Shown here piece after piece: positions 28,210 through 36,586 of a stretch of DNA of 64,000 bases. The DNA is taken from the IMG/VR virus record IMGVR_UViG_3300038345_000076, positions 1 to 64,000 of that record, one strand, 5' to 3'. The stretch's first letter is position 1; each line of letters opens with the position of its first letter. This stretch comes from a virus. Taxonomy: Duplodnaviria > Caudoviricetes. The notes under the pieces were generated by a model. It had not been told where the DNA came from. It did no database searches and saw nothing but the letters and a program-made list of their open reading frames with translations. Both the position numbers and the translations under genes were made by a program.

Positions 28210-28758
28210 ATGAATAAGAAACTACGTTTGATGGTTACGGCAAATTGCCCGAACCATTGTCCGCTGTGCTGCAACAAGCAGTTCAACTTTGACAATATCC
28301 TTGTTGTTGACAGATGGGACTATGACGAGATAATGATTACTGGAGGTGAGCCTCTGTTGTACCCCGAAAGAATTGAGAGACTTTGTAAGAGTATTCGAGA
28401 CGTGACGGAACAGATGGGTAAGACTCCAAAAATCTACATCTATACTGCAAGAGCGATATGGCATCATATCGAAAGAGCCATCAGATACTATGCTGACGGC
28501 ATCGTAGTTGCTCCACACAGCAAAGATGATATCGCTTTCTTCCGTGAGACTAATAACTGTCTGTTAAAGCATTATCGTTACGGGAACACTTTTGATTGCA
28601 GTTTGCGCCTTAAAGTCTTCCCCGAAGTGAAAGATGCTTTGCCAGAGAACTTGAAGTGTTGGAAAGTCTCTGAATCGGAATGGATAGAGAACTGTCCTTT
28701 GCCTGAAGGTGAGGATTTCCGTCGTGTTTCAAGATTATGGACTGAAGATAAATGGTAG
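28210..28758 (+). CDS. Short radical-SAM-like 4Fe-4S protein
   Basis: TANCPNHCPLCCN (CxxxCxxC) and ITGGEPL. Confidence 0.75.
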   Translation: MNKKLRLMVTANCPNHCPLCCNKQFNFDNILVVDRWDYDEIMITGGEPLLYPERIERLCKSIRDVTEQMGKTPKIYIYTARAIWHHIERAIRYYADGIVVAPHSKDDIAFFRETNNCLLKHYRYGNTFDCSLRLKVFPEVKDALPENLKCWKVSESEWIENCPLPEGEDFRRVSRLWTEDKW

Positions 28759-28761
28759 GCT

Positions 28762-29079
28762 ATGGGAAAGACGGTCTATATTTCATTACCGATTGCAGGG
28801 CTTGACTTGCAGGAGCAGATAGCCCATGCTGAGAACGTTGAGAAGACTTTGGAACACTTCTATGACAAAGTTCTGAATCCATTTGACAACGGTGTTCCTC
28901 TTGATGCACACCCAAGCCTGCACATGAGAGCCGATTTCAAGATGCTGTTGGAAGCAGACACGATATTCATGTGCGAGGGCTGGGAGGAAAGTTCCGGCTG
29001 TGTTGCCGAATGGACTGTGGCTAAGTGCTGTCACATGGATATTAAGTACGAGAGTGATACCGCAAAATACTTTAGGTAA
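28762..29079 (+). CDS. DUF4406 family protein
   Basis: VYISLPIAG, VLNP, GWEESSGCVAE. Confidence 0.75.
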   Translation: MGKTVYISLPIAGLDLQEQIAHAENVEKTLEHFYDKVLNPFDNGVPLDAHPSLHMRADFKMLLEADTIFMCEGWEESSGCVAEWTVAKCCHMDIKYESDTAKYFR

Positions 29080-29285
29080 TGGATGAAAGATTAAAAACTA
29101 TTGATAGTGTCATTGCTGAGAATAACAAAGTCAGCAATAAACTGAACAAAAAAGCGAGTGAGGCAAGGCAGAAGATGTCTAAGGCTGATCGCCAGAGGCG
29201 TTTTGACTTGCATAATGCCAACTACCATCTTGAAAGAGCAAAGTTCTTGATAACACAAACTCTGGCAAATGACTATGAAGTATAA
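29079..29285 (+). CDS. Hypothetical protein
   Basis: 68-aa ORF, translationally coupled. Confidence 0.55.
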   Translation: MDERLKTIDSVIAENNKVSNKLNKKASEARQKMSKADRQRRFDLHNANYHLERAKFLITQTLANDYEV

Positions 29286-29398
29286 GTGCAAGTATTGTGG
29301 TCGCATTGTACCTCAGAAGTGCGCTCACAACTGCAATACAGGATTTCGGAAACGACATCTGGAATGGGTTGAGATTGAAGATGAAGAAAAGTAATAGT

Positions 29399-29914
29399 AT
29401 GAAAGAGGTTTGGAAAGACGTTGAAGGTTACGAAGGTCTTTATCAAGTGAGTAACCTTGGACGGGTAAAAAGCCTACCCAAAATGATTGGAAGAGGTGTT
29501 CAGTATCATGTTGGCGAGCGCATAATTACGCCTCACAAAGCCCCTAATGGGTATCTGCGTTTACATCTTGACAAAAACGGTAAAAGAGCATTCTTTTCAG
29601 TTCATAGGCTTGTTGCGAAAGCCTTTGTAGCGAATCCTCACAACTATCCTCATGTAAACCATAAGAATGAGGTGAAGAATGACAATGTTGCTTCTAATCT
29701 TGAATGGTGTACCCCAAAATATAATTCCAATTACGGAACAAGAAAATCAAGAATATCTCAAAGTAAAATGGGGCATATCGTTTCAGAGGTAACAAAAGCT
29801 AAACTGAGAGAAGCAAACTTAGGCTCAAATAGTCCATCTTTTGGAAAGAAGAGAACCGATGAAACGAGAATGAAAATCAGTAAAGCATTGAAGCGTTTTT
29901 ATTCAGAAAAGTAG
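29399..29914 (+). CDS. NUMOD4-HNH-NUMOD3 homing endonuclease
   Basis: EVWKDVEGYEGLYQVSNLGRVKS, VNHKNEVKNDN, GKKRTDETRMKIS. Confidence 0.9.
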   Translation: MKEVWKDVEGYEGLYQVSNLGRVKSLPKMIGRGVQYHVGERIITPHKAPNGYLRLHLDKNGKRAFFSVHRLVAKAFVANPHNYPHVNHKNEVKNDNVASNLEWCTPKYNSNYGTRKSRISQSKMGHIVSEVTKAKLREANLGSNSPSFGKKRTDETRMKISKALKRFYSEK

Positions 29915-29916
29915 CC

Positions 29917-29934
29917 ACATTATCGCTATAATGA
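29917..29934. repeat. Orphan recombination site E1
   Basis: ccACATTA-TCGCTA-TAATGA. Confidence 0.65.
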
Positions 29935-29950
29935 AACAAACTGAATTATT

Positions 29951-30274
29951 ATGAACAAAGAAGAGTATTTGAAAGCAGAGAAAGCCATTAAGGAAGAGTT
30001 TGAAGGAAAAAGAAAGCAACTCGCAAGAGAGTTTGCCTCTTCAAACAATCCTGTAAAGATAGGTGATATTATTACAGACCACTACAAGACTATTCGTGTA
30101 GAGAAGTTGTTGTGGGGTCATAACTTTGGCACTCCATTCTCTTGTATGTTTTATCGCGGTACTCGATTGACTAAGAATGGTCAACCTGCGAAGCGTGAGG
30201 CTGAAGATAACAGAGTGGCACAAACGGATATTAGAGAGATTAACGGCAGACCTTACAAATACGAGTTGAAGTAA
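29951..30274 (+). CDS. Hypothetical protein flanked by sites E1 and D1
   Basis: 107-aa ORF. Confidence 0.65.
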   Translation: MNKEEYLKAEKAIKEEFEGKRKQLAREFASSNNPVKIGDIITDHYKTIRVEKLLWGHNFGTPFSCMFYRGTRLTKNGQPAKREAEDNRVAQTDIREINGRPYKYELK

Positions 30275-30291
30275 CATTATGGAGGTAATGT
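30274..30291. repeat. Orphan recombination site D1
   Basis: taACATTA-TGGAGG-TAATGTgact. Confidence 0.7.
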
Positions 30292-30302
30292 GACTGAATA
30301 CA

Positions 30303-30320
30303 ACATTATTCGTGTAATGT
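30303..30320 (-). repeat. Recombination site C1
   Basis: ACATTA-TTCGTG-TAATGTaact. Confidence 0.85.
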
Positions 30321-30325
30321 AACTT

Positions 30326-30994
30326 ATGAAACCAATTAGTGACGTTTATAATATAGATTGTCTGGAGTATATGAAAACACAGCCAGACAAGCGATTCGAT
30401 ATAGCCATTGTTGACCCGCCTTACGGACTGCCTGCAAAAAGTACACACGGGCAAGGTAAACTGAAGAACAGAAGCCTTAACAGGGGAAATATACACCAAT
30501 GGGATTTTAGACCACCAAAGGAATACTTTGAAGAGTTGTTCAGAGTATCGAAGAATCAGATAATTTGGGGTGGCAACTACTTTGAACTGCCTCCGTGTCG
30601 GTGTTTTGTCTGTTGGGATAAAGAACAAGTGTGGGAGAATTTCAGCCAATGCGAATTTGCTTGGACTTCATTCGACAAACCTGCAAAGATGATAAGGCTT
30701 GCTAATCGTGGTGGTGATGCAGACAAAGCAAAGTTCCATCCAACAGCAAAGAACGTGAAACTCTATGAGTATCTGCTGAAGACGTTTGCCAACAAAGGAG
30801 ATTTTATCTTTGACTCTCATTTGGGTAGTGGACCGTCAAGGATTGCAGCCTATAAGTTGGGATTCGATTTCGTTGGCTGTGAGATAGATGCAGATTATTA
30901 TCGTCTCGCTGATGAACGATTCAAGCGTGAATGTCTTGGAGAGTACACAATGAAAGACGGGAGAGTTGCAAAGCAGTTAGACCTTTTTGGATAA
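30326..30994 (+). CDS. Beta-class adenine-N6-like DNA MTase, currently ON
   Basis: IAIVDPPYG, QIIWGGNYF, FHPTAK, DSHLGSG. Confidence 0.92.
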   Translation: MKPISDVYNIDCLEYMKTQPDKRFDIAIVDPPYGLPAKSTHGQGKLKNRSLNRGNIHQWDFRPPKEYFEELFRVSKNQIIWGGNYFELPPCRCFVCWDKEQVWENFSQCEFAWTSFDKPAKMIRLANRGGDADKAKFHPTAKNVKLYEYLLKTFANKGDFIFDSHLGSGPSRIAAYKLGFDFVGCEIDADYYRLADERFKRECLGEYTMKDGRVAKQLDLFG

Positions 30995-31011
30995 CATTAC
31001 ACGAATAATGA
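30994..31011 (+). repeat. Recombination site C2
   Basis: ACATTA-CACGAA-TAATGA; 17-bp inverted match to C1. Confidence 0.85.
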
Positions 31012-31020
31012 GAGCGAACG

Positions 31021-31539
31021 ATGAACAAAAATATTGAAATTTGGAAGCCCGTATTGGTCTTGTTTAGTAGAGATAGCAAATGGAATCTGACGGATAGATA
31101 TGTTTTTCCGAAAGGTTTGTATTATGTTTCAAACATGGGACGTTTTCGTGTTAGAAATAAAATAAAAGAAACAAAACCAGACAGTGTTATGACTATCACT
31201 TACTGCCTAAACGGTCATAGGTTTAAACTACACGAAATCATCCTTCAGACATTTATGCCAGAAGGAAATATAGATGGTTTTTCGCCAGACCACATAAACA
31301 AGAAAAAGCGACTTGATAACAGATTATGCAATCTTAGATGGGCAGACCATCGCACTCAATATGCTAACCGTGAAAACAAAAAGTATAAGTTTAAAAAAGT
31401 TTTTTGCAAAGAGAAAGGAATTGTCTATGATTCCTGTCAGCAGGCAGAAAAAAGTCTTGGGCTTACTTTTAACACCGTTTCTCGTGTCGCAAGGGGTGAC
31501 AGAAAATCTATTCATGGATTCACTTTCGTTTTTGTGTAA
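31021..31539 (+). CDS. HNH/NUMOD1 homing endonuclease-like protein
   Basis: EIWKP, YYVSNMGR, PDHINK..RLDNRLCNLRW. Confidence 0.8.
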   Translation: MNKNIEIWKPVLVLFSRDSKWNLTDRYVFPKGLYYVSNMGRFRVRNKIKETKPDSVMTITYCLNGHRFKLHEIILQTFMPEGNIDGFSPDHINKKKRLDNRLCNLRWADHRTQYANRENKKYKFKKVFCKEKGIVYDSCQQAEKSLGLTFNTVSRVARGDRKSIHGFTFVFV

Positions 31540-31770
31540 AATATCATTGAAGACAAAGCAGAACTGAGAGAACCGACTTTATTCTAACCATAAAATAATA
31601 AGAGTATGATTAATAAAATTTGTGATTTGTACTGCCCAGACTTTGGTTATTGCAACAACCGTTGTTCTGGAAAAGAGTGTGAGGGCTTTATCCCTATGGA
31701 TTCCGACGAGGAGGAACATGACCCATTGGAAGAGAAGTTGGAACGAGCAACGTATTGAGTTTTTTAGATT

Positions 31771-32757
31771 ATGAATGAACAGCAAATAAGATGGAGTGAA
31801 GAGGAATTGCTTGAAATCGTGAGGGCAGTTCCTCTTTCTGTTTTGAAAGACAACTCAAAGATGGAGAGTTGGTATAAGGATAACGGCTACAACGAAGTAG
31901 AGTTGGCTGCTATCCTTACAGTTGTTGGAACTTCCGTGCCGGACTTTAGGCTGATTTCCGTAAAGCCTGATACGGAACTGACTTTCGGTGAACTCTACGA
32001 CTTCTACGAACGTGCGCAGGTGCAGTTTATCGTTATCCATCGTGTAAACTACCTTCTGCATTATCTGATGATTGAGATTTATGAACTTCTTGACAAGGAG
32101 AAATGTCTGAAATTTTTGGTAAATAAGTATAAAAAAAAGGCAGAAGAAGTATGGGATGGTTACGAAAGTCCACGTTTTAAGAGCATGACGATTGAGGCGT
32201 GGTCAACATTCCATGACCACATGAGAATCACCAAAGATATTCTACAGCCGAAACTTGATAAGGTCTATGAGGCAATACGAGACTATATGATAAGGCTTGG
32301 TTGGAGAGATATTGAAGTGAAGGCAAGGGTTGAGTTAGTCTTTCTGTTGTGCAAGGTTGACCGGCATAGTTTTCGTGCTTTCTTTAAAGAGTTCGAGGAT
32401 GCCAGTGGCGCAGACTTTTCCAAATGCTTTGAAAATTCAGACCTACAGCAGATGGTGAAGTATTTCGCTATGATGGCTGAGAGTTTGGGAATCAAGACTG
32501 AGGCAGATAAGTTTGGGCTTCCAGACATCAAAGGTTTCGATTGTGATGCCAATGTCCGTGTGAAATGGGCATGGAGTGACTTCATCAAAGACTTGCAGGA
32601 CAATGACCTTATGGACGAAAGTGCATTACGCGCTATTGAACTGAATCCGAAGATGAAGGCAGACTATGAAAGATTACTCGAAGAGGATGATCAGAAGCAG
32701 TTGGATGATGGACTTGACAAACTCAGTGAGAAATTCAAAGTAACAAAACAGAAATGA
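31771..32757 (+). CDS. Hypothetical protein
   Basis: 328-aa ORF. Confidence 0.7.
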   Translation: MNEQQIRWSEEELLEIVRAVPLSVLKDNSKMESWYKDNGYNEVELAAILTVVGTSVPDFRLISVKPDTELTFGELYDFYERAQVQFIVIHRVNYLLHYLMIEIYELLDKEKCLKFLVNKYKKKAEEVWDGYESPRFKSMTIEAWSTFHDHMRITKDILQPKLDKVYEAIRDYMIRLGWRDIEVKARVELVFLLCKVDRHSFRAFFKEFEDASGADFSKCFENSDLQQMVKYFAMMAESLGIKTEADKFGLPDIKGFDCDANVRVKWAWSDFIKDLQDNDLMDESALRAIELNPKMKADYERLLEEDDQKQLDDGLDKLSEKFKVTKQK

Positions 32758-32758
32758 T

Positions 32759-33544
32759 ATGGAAAAGTATGTGATTTTCAGAGAAGATAAAGACAAGCAC
32801 GGTGTCTATCTCTTTGTGAAGAAATTCGTGCCTAAGAAATGGTTCAGGAAAGAGAAGATTGGGTATTGCATCAGTGCTGACCAGGCAGAGACGTTTGAGC
32901 CAGATGTGATGGCGAAAGTCTGTGAGCGAATCAAACGTGACTACCCCAATGCTGAGATTATCTGCGAGGACTACAGGACTTTCACTGACAGGATGGTGAA
33001 GCACAGGTTCTGGGTTGTCGGTCGTTGGCGTGAGGACAGCACGGAAGAGTTCTATTGTGACAGTGACAGGCATGGCAAGCCAGAGTACACGACGGACTTG
33101 CAGGCGGTACGTTTCTCTTTGTCGGAGAGTGCTGCCAACGAGACGCTGAGAACTATCCGCAAATGTACGCGAGACAGGGTATATACTCGCATGGTTTTCC
33201 TCAGTCTGGAGAATGAGTTGCTTTCGCCCTGCATGATGATTACGTGTACGAGCAAGGGGAGTCAGGTGACGAAATACTTTGCGAGAGAAGAGGGCAAGCG
33301 GCTACGGCTTGTTACCACTTCAAATGCGGCTGCAAAGTTCAGTTATGACGGGGTTTTGATAATGTTTGAGCATCTGAGGACTGAAAACAAGAATTTCCTC
33401 TACGCTGTTCTTCCAGAGTTCAAGGACAATGTGAATTGTAAAAACATTGAGACTTATATGCGGGAGAAGAAAATTTCGCGGATGATAGTCATGGATGTGC
33501 AACTAAAGCATTTGAACAGACATATTAGTGTACGAAATGAGTGA
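32759..33544 (+). CDS. Hypothetical protein
   Basis: 261-aa ORF. Confidence 0.7.
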   Translation: MEKYVIFREDKDKHGVYLFVKKFVPKKWFRKEKIGYCISADQAETFEPDVMAKVCERIKRDYPNAEIICEDYRTFTDRMVKHRFWVVGRWREDSTEEFYCDSDRHGKPEYTTDLQAVRFSLSESAANETLRTIRKCTRDRVYTRMVFLSLENELLSPCMMITCTSKGSQVTKYFAREEGKRLRLVTTSNAAAKFSYDGVLIMFEHLRTENKNFLYAVLPEFKDNVNCKNIETYMREKKISRMIVMDVQLKHLNRHISVRNE

Positions 33545-33872
33545 TATATTTGATTTTACAAGACAGAGTAAAGTCCAGAAAGACGAAATGGAACTCATTG
33601 AAAAACAAAGGCATGAGTTCAAGTATGTAAAAAGCGAAAGGAAAGTTTCCGGTCACACAATGTTCTCGTACAACATAAATACAGGAGAAATCAAGGTTGC
33701 ACCAGTTGAGCATTGCAAAGACATAGACTTCTCGACACTTTTGCCTTTGTCGCGTGACAGGATTGTAATAGAGAAAGATTGCGTCTATAGGCAGGCTCTC
33801 AACAAGAAGAACTTTGTCAAAAGGCTTATTAGGGAGGGTATAATTGCAAAAAAGAATGAGTACAAAATGTAG
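33537..33872 (+). CDS. Hypothetical phage protein
   Basis: GHTMFSYN..TGEIK, YRQALNKKNF. Confidence 0.65.
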   Translation: MSDIFDFTRQSKVQKDEMELIEKQRHEFKYVKSERKVSGHTMFSYNINTGEIKVAPVEHCKDIDFSTLLPLSRDRIVIEKDCVYRQALNKKNFVKRLIREGIIAKKNEYKM

Positions 33873-34140
33873 AATATGCAAATGTAATGCGCAGTGTTGC
33901 TACAACATCCCATTCGACAGAGGCGAATTGGATAGGTTCAATGACAAGATAGTGAACAAGGTTCTGTTTCTGTTGCCGATGCACGGTGCGCAGGTGGCTT
34001 TCACGGATGAAGACCCGGGCAAGAACAAATGTCCGTTTCTCAGAGCGGACTATAAATGCAACATATACGAGAACAGACCCGATGTTTGCAGGAAATTTGG
34101 GGTTATACCCGAACTTCCGTGTAAGTGGATAAAGAGATAG
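33856..34140 (+). CDS. YkgJ-like Cys-cluster protein
   Basis: CRIC...CC...CPFL...CNIYENRPDVCRKF. Confidence 0.75.
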   Translation: MSTKCRICKCNAQCCYNIPFDRGELDRFNDKIVNKVLFLLPMHGAQVAFTDEDPGKNKCPFLRADYKCNIYENRPDVCRKFGVIPELPCKWIKR

Positions 34141-34379
34141 GGCTGCAATGATTTTGCAGCATACGAAACGAAAAGGAAAGAATGTGAAATAAAACAGGTG
34201 ATTATGGAAAACGATCTTAGAACAAAAATGCGAGAGGCTAAGAGTTGTTGCGAGAAAAAGATTCTCTCAGCAATAAATGAATTTTCCGAAACAACTGGCT
34301 TACAAGTAGTAGAAATAGATTTTAAACGGGAACATTTCGGTGGATGTCTAAGCCAGAGTGTTGAAATACAGACAAAAAT

Positions 34380-34658
34380 ATGAGATGCAAGCAAGCGATA
34401 CAAATAGGGAGTAACGTGACGGACATCATGCGGTTGCCGTGTGTGATTTCTGCACATAAAAACGCCGTTGGCAATGAGAGTTTTATCTATTACAAACTGT
34501 TTGGCGATACTATTACGTCGATGTTTGCTTGGAATGAAACTATCACTGCTTACTCTGGCGATTGGCTGTGTGAAGACTATGACGGGCGGTGGCATCTGTT
34601 GAGTGATAAGGAATATAAAGATGGGGTTGAAGATAGAGAACAATGCGCAGGTGCGTGA
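34380..34658 (+). CDS. Hypothetical protein
   Basis: 92-aa ORF. Confidence 0.55.
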   Translation: MRCKQAIQIGSNVTDIMRLPCVISAHKNAVGNESFIYYKLFGDTITSMFAWNETITAYSGDWLCEDYDGRWHLLSDKEYKDGVEDREQCAGA

Positions 34659-35517
34659 GAAGGTCAGGCAGAAGAACGTGAGAGACTACTTCCTGCAATA
34701 CTCGCAGGCGGTAAGACCGTGGCTGAAGGAACTGGCTGAGAAGTATAAGGCAAAAGGGGAGTTTCCGCTGATGCCGATACAGATATTGCCGTCGTACTAC
34801 AACAGCTTACAGGACAAGGAGATTGCTGCTTTCGCCTCGCTGCTGATACCTGAGACGGAGAATGTTCTGAAGAATATCGGTGAGTTCAGGCAGATGCTTA
34901 GCGAAAGTCCCTGGGAGTGGTTTAAGAATCGGGGATTTGTAAGATTGGGTATCGGGAAAGTGCAGGATAAGCGGACGGGAGGGGTGTTTAACTGGAAGAT
35001 TGCAAAACTGATGGATAGGCTATGGGAAGAACACTTTGCTAAGACCACAAAGGCGGCATCAAGCATCGGGCAGACTATCAGACTGATTGCCGATATTGAA
35101 CGATGTTCGTACTTCGATGTGCTGACGTATATTTGTGAGGACTGTGGGGTAGGTGACTACTTCTACAAACTGAGGCTGCTACTGATGATTGCGGCTACCT
35201 CTGACGGCTTCGGACTTGGCTTGTGGAGTGTTGAACCACCTGAGTTGAAAAGTCCGCTCACAAACGATTTGCGGACGTTTCTGAGCACGTTCTTTCCTGA
35301 CTACAGGAGGCTTGGTTCAGTGGATGAAGCCATACACTTGTTTGGGTTTGAGAGAGATTGCGATTTCTTTTATGCCTGGCATGCTTACAAAGAATTGCAG
35401 AAAAGAAATCCGAAGGTGTGTAGTAAGTTTGCTACGACTTATCTGAGGTGGTATGAGATTGGGGCAAGGAAGAAACCTTTTGAGTTCAGGGAGATACTAC
35501 CAAAGATTGAAAATTAG
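34621..35517 (+). CDS. Hypothetical protein, weak DUF2400/TIGR02757-like N-terminus
   Basis: P.Q.LP.YY...QDKEIAAFASL. Confidence 0.55.
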   Translation: MGLKIENNAQVREKVRQKNVRDYFLQYSQAVRPWLKELAEKYKAKGEFPLMPIQILPSYYNSLQDKEIAAFASLLIPETENVLKNIGEFRQMLSESPWEWFKNRGFVRLGIGKVQDKRTGGVFNWKIAKLMDRLWEEHFAKTTKAASSIGQTIRLIADIERCSYFDVLTYICEDCGVGDYFYKLRLLLMIAATSDGFGLGLWSVEPPELKSPLTNDLRTFLSTFFPDYRRLGSVDEAIHLFGFERDCDFFYAWHAYKELQKRNPKVCSKFATTYLRWYEIGARKKPFEFREILPKIEN

Positions 35518-35551
35518 AAAAGACAAAAGGCTAAGATTCGTATTAGTTGGT

Positions 35552-35590
35552 GCAGGGAGTGGCGATCGGGCTGCTCCCTGCGTTTTTTTT
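35552..35590 (+). terminator. Intrinsic terminator ending the rightward operon
   Basis: GCAGGGAGTGGC-loop-GCTGCTCCCTGC followed by T8. Confidence 0.75.
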
Positions 35591-36428
35591 AGTGGTTGAA
35601 GAAATCCCTTGCATCATCACCAATGTTGTTGATGTCAACACAGACGTAGTGCTTGCTCGTAGTCTGGGAATTTGTGTGTCCTGCGAGTTTGGCAATGATC
35701 TCAACGGGTACACCACGGACTGCAAGGGCTGTGACGTAAGAGCGACGGCTGCTGTGCATGGTAATCCATTGATATTTGGGCTTGGTCTGCATACGCCCGT
35801 TACAGAAGAGTGTTATTTCCTCCGTAAATCCGAGTTTCTTGCAGATGCGCTGGATGGTACGGTTGACTACGCTTCGGTCAACTTCTTTTGTCGGATTCAT
35901 CTTTAGGTACTTTACAAGTCGTGCGTGAAGCGGTTGCTCAACGGCTACTTTCGTTTTCTTGCTGACGTATGAAAGCGTTTCGCCATGTACGTTGTCTGTT
36001 GACATGGTTCGGCAGTCGCTTGAACGTGCGCCGGAGAAAGCACCACGCATGAAAAGAATCTTGACATTCATTTCTGTCTCGCTCTTCGGCTTGTATTCGT
36101 CGAATAGGATAAGTTCTTCTTCCGTCAGGCAGCAGTGCTGAGACGGAATGACCTTTACCTTCAGAGCCTTGGCATAACGCATGGTTGGCAGTTCAACTTC
36201 TTCGCATACGTTGTTAAGGAATGCCTTGATGATGGAGCAATAGACCTGTGCAGAGTTCTGTGCGAGACGTTGGAGCATCAATTCCCGTACTTTGTTGAGG
36301 TTGCTCAGTGTGAGGTCTTTCCACTGGACTTCCTTTACTCCGATGGCTTCACGCATGAATCGGAGAATCTGGATTCTGCCCGGATTGCTCCGTTCAAATT
36401 CCTGTTCAAATGATAAAACTTTGTTCAT
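35589..36428 (-). CDS. Tyrosine recombinase without arm-binding domain (invertase/Xer-like candidate)
   Basis: Likely start MNKVLSF (279 aa); SGARSSD (R), KKT (K), HSSRR, LAGH, KHY. Confidence 0.88.
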   Translation of the reverse strand: MNKVLSFEQEFERSNPGRIQILRFMREAIGVKEVQWKDLTLSNLNKVRELMLQRLAQNSAQVYCSIIKAFLNNVCEEVELPTMRYAKALKVKVIPSQHCCLTEEELILFDEYKPKSETEMNVKILFMRGAFSGARSSDCRTMSTDNVHGETLSYVSKKTKVAVEQPLHARLVKYLKMNPTKEVDRSVVNRTIQRICKKLGFTEEITLFCNGRMQTKPKYQWITMHSSRRSYVTALAVRGVPVEIIAKLAGHTNSQTTSKHYVCVDINNIGDDARDFFNH

Positions 36429-36586
36429 ATTGACTTTTAATTTAACTTGTTCGTAAATAGTGAGCGCACTGCCATGTTGCTGACTGTGCGCCTGTCTAAC
36501 CAAAAAATAATTAATTATGATTACTATATTATAGCAATATACGGGACAAAGGCGGTTATCTGTATCTATAGATAGTCGCCTTTGTG

